DNA of 64,000 nucleotides from an uncultured Gemmatimonadota bacterium (GTDB lineage Bacteria; GCA-2686955): NCBI GenBank assembly GCA_964490075.1, contig CAZBBK010000021.1, positions 1 to 64,000 of the forward strand, read 5' to 3'. Shown piece by piece: positions 1 to 7,674 of this stretch (position 1 is its first letter; each line of letters starts with the position of its first letter). The notes under the pieces were generated by a model. It saw only the letters and a program-made list of their open reading frames with translations, ran no database searches and was not told where the DNA came from. The position numbers and the translations under genes were made by a program.

Positions 1-375
1 GCCGCAGGGGCCGTCGAGCCTCTCGGGTGATTGGTGGAGGGCGGCGTTTGCCCGCACCCGCACGAGGACCTCGCTCCACGGGCGTCCTTCCCGTTCCGGC
101 GTCGTAGCATCGGGGCCGGAATTCGGTCGTAACTCCCGACTCCGCTCGAGGAGCTGAAGGTCTCGGCAAGATTCTGGTCACAACTCACGACTCTCGATCG
201 AGAGTCGCGAGTTACGACGCGAATACGGTCGTGGCTCCGGTTTCATCGCGATGAGTGACGAGTTATGACGGATATACGGTCGTAGCTCCGCACTCTCGAT
301 CGAGAGTGGCGAGTTGTGTCGCGAAACGGCGTCATGACTCGCGGTTCCGGGCGCGGAGCTGGGCTTTGTGTCGGG
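1..375. repeat. Dispersed palindromic repeat element, copy 1 (core of about five units with 51-bp period at 124-375); may extend left of the window
   Basis: 1-54 matches 19718-19771. 169-375 matches 19948-20154 with 3 substitutions (187, 217, 327). Units start at 124, 175, 226, 277 and about 329, with consensus arms GGTCRYRRCTC-N22-GAGTTRYG. Confidence 0.92.
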
Positions 376-628
376 ACCGGTGGGAGCCCGCCGGCCTCCG
401 GGGATCCATCCGCGAATGCCCGCGGGCTCCGGCTGGACCCCCAGTTCTGCGCGGGGTGCGTCGCTCGAGAAGTGCCATGGCGAAACGCCAGAGGCCAAGA
501 GACGCATGGCGAGTCGCGAATCAGGTGGCGGATTCTGGTGTCCCACCGGCGTTTCGACATAGCGGCTCTCTGCGCAGGGAGCGACCGGCGCATGACGGGC
601 ACGCGCCGCGTCGAAACCTGGGTTCTGC

Positions 629-666
629 TGTCAAAGTTTGACAATCCTTGGATGATGCGCCACCTT
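629..666 (+). promoter_or_regulatory. Putative operator palindrome overlapping a sigma70 -35 box, upstream of the TA operon
   Basis: Perfect 7-1-7 inverted repeat TGTCAAA-G-TTTGACA at 629-643 containing TTGACA (638-643). After a 17-nt spacer there is a weak -10 CACCTT (661-666); the ATG is at 673. Confidence 0.65.
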
Positions 667-672
667 CTGATC

Positions 673-1077
673 ATGTCGTTGCACGTCAATCTCACGCCCG
701 AGCTCGAAGAGATCGTCCGGGGCAAGGTGCGCGCCGGGCTCTATGGGAGCGCAAGCGAAGTGGTCCGCGAAGCGCTCCGGCTTCTCATCCAACGGGACGA
801 GCGCCGCCCGCCCCGGGAGGGGCTGCTCCGCGATAGCCAAGGCGACGACAACGGCGCGGAAGCTGCCGCCGCCTTGCGCACATCGCTCGAGATGCTCCAG
901 TTGGCGTTGGCGTTGACGGAGCAGGGCATCCGTCGCGAGCATCCAAACGCGCGTGAAGACGAGATCCAGCAACAACTATCGGCTCTGCAAGCAGCGCGGG
1001 ACTCCGGGGAAGAAGCCCCCGGATTCCTGGAGCGTTCCCCGACCCGTCTGAAGAAACTCCTCCGTGCCTCCGATTGA
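673..1077 (+). CDS. Antitoxin: ParD-like ribbon-helix-helix domain fused to a MenA1 (Rv0078B)-like helical domain
   Basis: N-terminus MSLHVNLTPELEEIVRGKVRAGLYGSASEVVREALRLL is the ParD/CopG-type signature. C-terminus AAAALRTSLEM...RREHPNAREDEI resembles MenA1 as recalled. Start trimmed from ORF 316..1077. Confidence 0.8.
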   Translation: MSLHVNLTPELEEIVRGKVRAGLYGSASEVVREALRLLIQRDERRPPREGLLRDSQGDDNGAEAAAALRTSLEMLQLALALTEQGIRREHPNAREDEIQQQLSALQAARDSGEEAPGFLERSPTRLKKLLRASD

Positions 1078-1660
1078 AGACTACGCACTGCGCGTCGTCC
1101 GAGATCTCGCCGGCGAAGGCCACGGCTGCGCGCTCGTCGGCGGCCTCGCGGTCAGTGTCTGGACCCTTCCCCGAACAACCGTGGACATCGACCGGCCGTA
1201 GCGGTGGCATCCGATCCCGAAGCCGAAGAGCTAGTTCGGCGACTGCTCGGCCGAGGCTACGAGCTCCGCGATGTGATCGAGCAAAAGGCCACCGATCGAC
1301 TCGCCACGGCACGGTTCTGGCTGCGTCGGCCGACCGGGCACGACGATGCCGTAGACCTGCTCTTAGCATCGTCTGGCATCGAGCAGGAGGTGGTCGCAAG
1401 CGCTGAGAACATCGAGCTCCGCCCTGGCCACCGGCTTCCAGTCGCGCTGCCGGGACATCTCCTCGCACTGAAGATCCTGGCCAACGACGACGAGCGCCGT
1501 CCCCAGGATCGTCTCGACATCATCTCCCTTCTGCGCCGGTCGCGCGCAATCGACCTGGATCTCGCGCGACAATCGCTCGCTCTCATCACCGAGCGGGGCT
1601 TCCACCGAAGGCAAGAACCTGGCCGGAGCGCTCGAGGAGTTCGTTCGGCGTCTCCGTTGA
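1064..1660 (+). pseudogene. MenT1 (Rv0078A)/AbiEii-like nucleotidyltransferase toxin, with a -1 frameshift at about 1193 and a +1 frameshift at about 1609 as assembled
   Basis: The frame from GTG 1064 reads ALVGGLAVSVWTLPRTTVDID and then stops. The 1204 frame continues with VDLLLASSGIE...HLLALKILANDDERRPQDRLD...ITERGFHR. The original frame resumes with GKNLAGALEEFVRRLR* (TGA 1658-1660). Confidence 0.8.
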
Positions 1661-1828
1661 CGTTCCGGAGACTGTCCCGGTGACTTTCGAGTCGAGGCCC
1701 TATTCTGGAGTTTCGCGCTTTTCGAGGGGCGCGGTCGTTCCCCTCAGGTCGACGAAACCAACACGGTAGAATTATGCTCTGCGCGCACGGCCGAGATCGT
1801 CCCGGTCGCGTGATGATCGGAGGCACCG

Positions 1829-4800
1829 GTGTTCCGAGCCCTCGGGCGGGGTCCGCAAGCAGTCACGGCACTGGCGGCGACCTTGGTGTTCTCCTGCCCG
1901 GCGGTCGCGGCACCGGAGCTCTTCGGTGCCCGGGTCGAGCCCAACCCCTTCTCGCCGGACGGCCTGCCTCCCGCCGACCGTGACACCACCTGGATCCACT
2001 TCGCGGTCAGCGAAGAGGCCGACAGCGTGGTCGTCTACCTGGCCGGAGGGGGCATCGTGCCCTTCCGCCACGCGGCCCACGCGCCGGCCCCGCCGGTCGA
2101 CTATGCCGAGCCCTGGGACGGTCGCGACGGGCAAGGGGAGCTGGTAGCGGACGGTCTCTACTGGGCCCAGCTGCGGCTCTTCGAGGGCGGCGCGCAGGTC
2201 GACGAGCGGCGCTTGGGCGTCGAGGCCGACACCCGGGCGCCCGATCTCTCGCTGGTGGCGCCCTACGGAATCTCGCCCTTCTCGCCCGACGACGACGGCT
2301 TCGCCGACCTGTTCCGCTTTGGCATCAAGGTGGAGAACACGCGGCCGAACGACGACCTGACCCGCGGTGAGATCGTCGATCGCTCCGGCGCTCCGGTGGC
2401 GCCCCTGCGCTTCGCCGACGGCTCTCGCGAGCGCTTCGGGGAGGTTCCGCGCGACTCGCTGAGCTGGGATGGCGAAAGCGAGAGCCCTCCCCTGGCCGAG
2501 GGGCTCTACCGCTGGAGCGTGGTCTCGATCGACCTGGCGGAGAATCGCGACCAGGAGCAGGGCACGGTCACGGTCGACCTGCGGGCGCCGACCCTGACGA
2601 CCGATCCCGAGTTCCCGCAGGGGCTGCGCTTCGCCAACGCCGACACCAGCTTCGAGCTCTCCGGCAGCGCCGAGGACACGATCTCGTGGGTGAGCCGGGT
2701 CGAGCTCTCCCCCGACCAGGGCACCAGCTGGATCGAGATCTACGCGGGATCGGCCGAGCGCGTCGACTGGAGCCACACGCTTCCTTTCGAGCCCTGGCAT
2801 GGCGAGGGGGCCTATCGCTACCGGGTGCGCGCCACCGACGGCCAAGCGCATGCCAACCGCCCCGGCGGAGCGCCCCCGGAGGTCGAGCTGCGGGTCGTCT
2901 TCGACGCCACACCGCCGCTGCACCTCGAGACATCGGCGCTCGCGACACGGCTCAAGGACGGCGACACCCTGGCGCTGCACTCGATCTGGAGCGAGGACTC
3001 GTTGGCCCTGGAGGTCGACCTGAGCGGCATCGATCCCGACTACCCGCCGGGCAGCGCCGAGATCGAGGAGCTGGGCGGGGGCGAGTACTCGATTCGCCAC
3101 GTGCTGCCACCGGAGAGCGGGATCGAGCAGCAGCCGCCCCGCGCCGTCGCCATCACCGCCCGCGACCGGGCCAATCCGCCGGTGGTCGCGCCGGAGGCGG
3201 TATGGCTGGCCCTCGACAACAGCGCGCCGGTGGTGCGGGGCGTGGAGCTGGGCGGCGCGACGGTGGTGGCCAACGGCGACAGCCTGCGCCTGGAGGTGCA
3301 GGCCGACAGCGCCGGCTACGCGCTGGCGGTCGACTTCTCGGCGCTCGACTCCCAGTTCTCGGCGGGCGAGGAGCACGTCACCGATCTGGGCGCGGGCGCC
3401 TACCGGGTCGAGCACCAGATCTCGATCGCCAACCAGGCGCCCGACCGGGACGGCGTGGAGCTGCCGGTGGTGGTGCGCGACGCGGCCGGCAACGAGGCGC
3501 TGGCGTGGTCGCCGCCGATCGACCTGGTCAACGGATCGAACGCCTCCTTGGTGAGCGCACGCCTGCTGCCCTCGGTGGCCGACACCCGGCTCGGCACGGT
3601 GCGCATCGAGCTCTCGGTGCTGGCGGCCGAAAGCCGGGTGCGGGTGCGGGTCGAGGCGGCCGAGGGTGGCGACCCGGTGCGGGCACTGGCCGACACCAGC
3701 CTGGCGGCCGGCGAGCACGAGCTGAGCTGGGACGGCCGCGACGACGCCGGGGGACGCGCCGCGGACGGCGACTATTCCGTGGCGGTCGAGGCCGAGCTGG
3801 GCGATTCCCTCACACGGCTGGCGCTCGGGCTGCGGGTCGACACCGTCGCGCCGCGGCTCGGCGAGCTGGCGCTGGAGCCGGCCTCCGGGGTACTGACGCC
3901 GGACGGCGACCTGCTGCGCGATACGCTGCGGGTGGCGGTGCGGGTGATCGGCGGCGACCCGGAGCCGGTGCGCACCATCGCCGAGCTGCTTCCGCCCGAT
4001 GGCGCGCCGCCTCTGCGGCTGGCGCTGGCCGAGGGCGGCGGCAGCGAGTTCGGAGGCTCGGGAGAGGCGCGCTGGAGCTGGGGCGGCGCGGGGGCGACGG
4101 TCGACGGTCCCTATCGGCTGCGGGTCACCACCCTCGACGATGTGCTGGACGTCGCCGGCGAGCCCTTGCACGTCGACTCGCTCAGCGCCGAGATCGAGGT
4201 CGATCTGAACGGTCCGGCGATCGACTTCGCGCTGGGAGACTCGGCCGGCTACGCCGCGCTGCCGCTGCTGCTCGAGGGCGACGCCCTCGATCCGGCGGGG
4301 GTGAGGGGGGTCGAGCTCAGCACCAACGGCGGCGCGAGCTGGAGCGCGGCGCAATGGAGCGACTCGGCGCGGGTGGGGGCCGACTCGCTCGGCTGGCGCT
4401 TCGTGCTCGCGGCCCACGCGAGCCGGATCCTGGCGCGCGGGGTCGACTCCTTCGGCCACCTCAGCGGCAGCGACGGGCCTCAACCGGCGGCCTCGCTGCG
4501 TCTCTCTTTCGACGCGGAGGCCCCGCGCATCTGGTCGGTGGCGGCGCAGCGCGGGCGCTTCGAGGCCGGCGATACGCTGCGCGTTCTGGCGCTGGTCGAC
4601 GATCCGCGGGCCGCGGTGACGGCCGACTTCGCGCGCCTCGACAGCGCCTTCGATCCGGCACGGGTGACGCTCGGTCAGGCGCCAGGCGACACCGCCTTCC
4701 ATTTCGAGTACGTGGTGAGCGACGAGAACCAGCGCCGCCCCGGGCGCTACCCGGTGATCGTGCGGGCGGACGACGGTCTGCATCCGGCCGCGGTCGACTC

Positions 4801-5119
4801 GACCCTGGAGCTGCGCCTGGTCGACGAGGGCCCGGGCAGGGTGCGGGTGCCGGCGCGCTGGGACCGCGGCGATGCCGCCGAGGTGACACTGGACGCTCCG
4901 GCCACGCTGCGCTTCGAGATCTTCGATCTGGCCGCGAACCTGATCTGGTCGTGGCGCAGCGCGGCGCCGGCGAGCAGCCATTCCATCGCCTGGGAGCGCC
5001 GCAACGAGCGCGGATCGAAGGTCGCCAGCGGCGCCTACCTGTGCCGCATCGCGATGCGCGACCCGGCCACCGGCAAGCGCCACGAGTGGGTGCGCCCGAC
5101 CGTGGTGGTGCGGCGATGA
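1829..5119 (+). CDS. Large secreted multi-Ig/FlgD-like domain protein (1096 aa)
   Basis: Signal-peptide-like N-terminus. Repeated NPFSPDG/SPFSPDDDG and WDGRD...ADGxY motifs. Three GDxLxL...V(A)DFxxLD Ig-like repeats. C-terminal FlgD-like IFDLAANLI...W...VASGAY. Confidence 0.8.
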   Translation: MFRALGRGPQAVTALAATLVFSCPAVAAPELFGARVEPNPFSPDGLPPADRDTTWIHFAVSEEADSVVVYLAGGGIVPFRHAAHAPAPPVDYAEPWDGRDGQGELVADGLYWAQLRLFEGGAQVDERRLGVEADTRAPDLSLVAPYGISPFSPDDDGFADLFRFGIKVENTRPNDDLTRGEIVDRSGAPVAPLRFADGSRERFGEVPRDSLSWDGESESPPLAEGLYRWSVVSIDLAENRDQEQGTVTVDLRAPTLTTDPEFPQGLRFANADTSFELSGSAEDTISWVSRVELSPDQGTSWIEIYAGSAERVDWSHTLPFEPWHGEGAYRYRVRATDGQAHANRPGGAPPEVELRVVFDATPPLHLETSALATRLKDGDTLALHSIWSEDSLALEVDLSGIDPDYPPGSAEIEELGGGEYSIRHVLPPESGIEQQPPRAVAITARDRANPPVVAPEAVWLALDNSAPVVRGVELGGATVVANGDSLRLEVQADSAGYALAVDFSALDSQFSAGEEHVTDLGAGAYRVEHQISIANQAPDRDGVELPVVVRDAAGNEALAWSPPIDLVNGSNASLVSARLLPSVADTRLGTVRIELSVLAAESRVRVRVEAAEGGDPVRALADTSLAAGEHELSWDGRDDAGGRAADGDYSVAVEAELGDSLTRLALGLRVDTVAPRLGELALEPASGVLTPDGDLLRDTLRVAVRVIGGDPEPVRTIAELLPPDGAPPLRLALAEGGGSEFGGSGEARWSWGGAGATVDGPYRLRVTTLDDVLDVAGEPLHVDSLSAEIEVDLNGPAIDFALGDSAGYAALPLLLEGDALDPAGVRGVELSTNGGASWSAAQWSDSARVGADSLGWRFVLAAHASRILARGVDSFGHLSGSDGPQPAASLRLSFDAEAPRIWSVAAQRGRFEAGDTLRVLALVDDPRAAVTADFARLDSAFDPARVTLGQAPGDTAFHFEYVVSDENQRRPGRYPVIVRADDGLHPAAVDSTLELRLVDEGPGRVRVPARWDRGDAAEVTLDAPATLRFEIFDLAANLIWSWRSAAPASSHSIAWERRNERGSKVASGAYLCRIAMRDPATGKRHEWVRPTVVVRR

Positions 5120-6072
5120 GGCGGCGGGCGGCGGCGAAGACGCTCGGATTGCTGGTGGCGTGCGCGCTGACGCCGGCGCGCGCGCCCGCCGAAGGGCTGA
5201 GCGGCGGAGCTTTCGCGGCGGTCGACTTCGGCGCTCGCGCCGCGGCGCTGGCCGGGGCCAACGTGGCCGATCCGCGCGGCGGCGAGGCGATGATCTGGAA
5301 CCCGGCCGCCCTGGCGCTCTTCCGCCAGCACCACCTGGAGACCAGCAGCGCCGACCTCTACGGCCTGGGGCTGGTGCGGCAGATCCACCTGGCGGCGACC
5401 GCCCCGGCCGAAGAGCAGGGCGGCGGCAGCGGGCTGGAGCTGCGCTACCTGGGGATCGAAGGCTTCGACCCGGAGGGCGACGAGGTGGACGATCCGGGCT
5501 ACCGCGAGCTCTCCTTCGGCTGCGGACACGCCCGCTCCTTCGGGTCGCTGGCGCTGGGGGCGGCCGCGCGCCTGGAACTGGCCCGCGGCTCGCTGGAGGA
5601 GCGCGACGATGTCTCGGCGACCGGCGCCGCACTCGACCTGGGGCTCTTGTGGCGCCTGGCGCGCGACCTGCGGACCGGACTGCTGCTGCGCAATGTAGCG
5701 GCCGGGACGTTCTGGGATCGGTCCGGATCGGGTTTCGAGCGCCGCCCGCTCTCGCTGGCGCTCGGTCTGACCTGGAAGGAGATCCTGCCCGGCGTGCGGC
5801 TGGCGGCCGATCTCGAGAGCGGCGAGGAGCTCGGCGCGGCGCTGGGCGGCGTGGCGCGCCAGGTCGCCCTCAGCGCGGAGTGGCGCGGCTTCGACGAGCG
5901 GCTGGAGCTGCGCACGGGATCGGCACTGCGCATCCACGGCGATGACACCCGCCCCATCCATGGCGCCGGCTTCGGCCTCGCCCTGGGCTCGCTCGATGTG
6001 CGCTACGCGGCGACCATCGACGACGAAGGACTGGGAACGACCCACCGCTTCGGTCTGGGGTTGCGGTGGTGA
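5116..6072 (+). CDS. PorV/PorQ-family outer-membrane beta-barrel protein
   Basis: ATGA overlap with the upstream gene. GARAAALAGA...WNPAAL N-terminal motif, ALDLGLLW, and C-terminal LGTTHRFGLGLRW beta-signal. Confidence 0.8.
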   Translation: MRRRAAAKTLGLLVACALTPARAPAEGLSGGAFAAVDFGARAAALAGANVADPRGGEAMIWNPAALALFRQHHLETSSADLYGLGLVRQIHLAATAPAEEQGGGSGLELRYLGIEGFDPEGDEVDDPGYRELSFGCGHARSFGSLALGAAARLELARGSLEERDDVSATGAALDLGLLWRLARDLRTGLLLRNVAAGTFWDRSGSGFERRPLSLALGLTWKEILPGVRLAADLESGEELGAALGGVARQVALSAEWRGFDERLELRTGSALRIHGDDTRPIHGAGFGLALGSLDVRYAATIDDEGLGTTHRFGLGLRW

Positions 6073-6082
6073 GAGCGGAGAA

Positions 6083-7267
6083 CTACTCCCCCTCCCCCTC
6101 CGCCGGCCCCGATCCGGAGAAGGGCTCGACGCTGCGGCCGATCAGCTGGCCGACCTCCGAGAGCAGTTGGGCGATGCGCGCCACGTTGGAGCGCACGATC
6201 AACGCCAGGCGCTGCTCGGCGCCCTCGCTGCGGTCGGCCAGGAGCCCCGCCTGACCCGATGCTTCGGTGGCCACGCGCAGCGTGCTGCGCACCGATTCCG
6301 CGACCGCGTCGGCGTCGATCTCCTCGCGGGAGCGCAACGCGTTCTGGGCGGCGCTCAGCTCGCGGTTCCGGTCCTCCAGCACCCGATTGCTCTTCTCCAG
6401 GCGGGCGATGCGGTCGAGCAGATCGGCCGTGGTCCGTTTCAACTGCTCGGTCAGCTCGTTCTGTGACGATCGGAGCGTGTGCACCTCGATCGCCTCTTCG
6501 ATGGAGTGAAAGAACACATCGAAGTCGAGCGGCTTGCGGCGCAGATCGTCCACACCGGAGCGCATCACCGCGATGAAGTCGAGCTCCGCTTGCTCCGAAG
6601 CGACCGCCAGCAGCGCCAGGTCGGGCCACTCCTCGTTCAGGGCGCGCAGCCAGGCTGCGGGATCGTCCATGAAATCGATGTCGGCGATCAGCGCGGCCGG
6701 CTGCTCCAGGTGGATCGCCTGCGCGACGTCCTCGATCTTCTCGACCTCCACCGCGGCGTAGCCCTCCGCCTCCAGCCGCCGCGCCAGCAGGCGCCGGTCC
6801 TTGTCGACCCGCGAGAGCACAGCGATCGTCGCCCGCGGCTCCTCGCGCTCGTTCTCGGGCGCCCTCTTCTCGCCCAGCGTGATCTGCACGGCGTCGAGCA
6901 AGGCGTTGGCGCGGAAGGGCTTCGACAGGAAGGCGTCGGGCTTGAGCAGAAAACGGTCGGCGCCGAGCTCGAGCCCGCGGCGACGATCGACCTCCGACAC
7001 GTAGATCGCCGAGATCAGAATCACCGGCACCTCGGCCAGGGCCGGGTCGCGCTTCATCGCCTCCAGCACCACGTAGCCGTCCTTCTCGGGCAGCAGGATG
7101 TCGGTAATCACCAGGTCGGGAAGGTGCAGGCGGACCTTTTCCAGCCCGTCGTGGCCGTCGGCGGCCATCACCAGGTCGTAATCCTGCGGGCCGAGCACCG
7201 TCTCGAAGAGCCGGCGGGTGGCCGGATCGTCTTCGATGACCACGATCTTCGGGTTGCGCATCGTCAT
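6083..7267 (-). CDS. Response regulator: REC + degenerate REC + coiled coil + DHp-like tail
   Basis: IVVIEDD...PDLVITDILLP...FLLKP, then a second receiver-like domain and a heptad-rich region. Confidence 0.8.
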   Translation of the reverse strand: MTMRNPKIVVIEDDPATRRLFETVLGPQDYDLVMAADGHDGLEKVRLHLPDLVITDILLPEKDGYVVLEAMKRDPALAEVPVILISAIYVSEVDRRRGLELGADRFLLKPDAFLSKPFRANALLDAVQITLGEKRAPENEREEPRATIAVLSRVDKDRRLLARRLEAEGYAAVEVEKIEDVAQAIHLEQPAALIADIDFMDDPAAWLRALNEEWPDLALLAVASEQAELDFIAVMRSGVDDLRRKPLDFDVFFHSIEEAIEVHTLRSSQNELTEQLKRTTADLLDRIARLEKSNRVLEDRNRELSAAQNALRSREEIDADAVAESVRSTLRVATEASGQAGLLADRSEGAEQRLALIVRSNVARIAQLLSEVGQLIGRSVEPFSGSGPAEGEGE

Positions 7268-7674
7268 CGCTCGGTGCCGTGTGCGGGGCGCCTGCCCCCT
7301 GCCAGGAGCTCGTCCACCTGCTGCACGAAGGCCCGGGTGTCGATCGGCTTCGACAGGTAGTCGTCGCAGCCCGCCCCCAGGAAGCGCTCGGGATCGCCGG
7401 GCATCGCGTGGGCGGTCACGGCCAGCACCCAGAGCGAGCGCAGCGCCGGATCCTCGCGGATCTCACTCAGCACGTCGAGCCCGCTCATCTTCGGGAGCTG
7501 CATGTCGAGCACCACCAGGCGTGGGCGCAGCCCTTCCCCGCGCAGCAGCTCCACCGCCTCGGCGCCGTGCGACGCGGTCGCCACCGAATGGCCGGCCGCG
7601 CTCAGCACCATCTCCAGCAGCCGCCGAGTCTCGTCGGAGTCCTCCACGATCAGAATGTCGACCTCTCGCTCCAC
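7264..7674 (-). CDS. Single-domain response regulator (DivK/CheY-like)
   Basis: ILIVEDS...VVLDMQLPKMSG...AVTAHAMPGD...GCDDYLSKPID. Confidence 0.92.
   Translation of the reverse strand: MEREVDILIVEDSDETRRLLEMVLSAAGHSVATASHGAEAVELLRGEGLRPRLVVLDMQLPKMSGLDVLSEIREDPALRSLWVLAVTAHAMPGDPERFLGAGCDDYLSKPIDTRAFVQQVDELLAGGRRPAHGTER

Noticed and set aside
179-318. Integron attC site next to a TA cassette
   Set aside because: The ends do not fit RYYYAAC/GTTRRRY, no integrase is present, and there is no cassette array.
124-375. CRISPR interpretation of the 51-bp array (29-bp repeat + 22-bp spacer)
   Set aside because: The repeats are degenerate, the spacers are self-palindromic and recur (units 2 and 4), the second copy has the same spacers, and there are no cas genes in the window.
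178-725. ORFs 178..546, 243..725, 255..641 and their equivalents at 19957-20648
   Set aside because: They are translations of the palindromic repeat with no RBS or recognisable domains.
673-1077. Canonical ParDE system
   Set aside because: The downstream gene is a nucleotidyltransferase, not a ParE/RelE-fold toxin.
1772-5632. Very long antisense or alternate-frame ORFs (e.g. 1772..5632 -, 7279..10290 +, 29315..32725 +, 60883..63993 -)
   Set aside because: They are shadow ORFs of high-GC genes: Arg/Ala/Gly/Pro-rich and overlapping well-supported CDSs.
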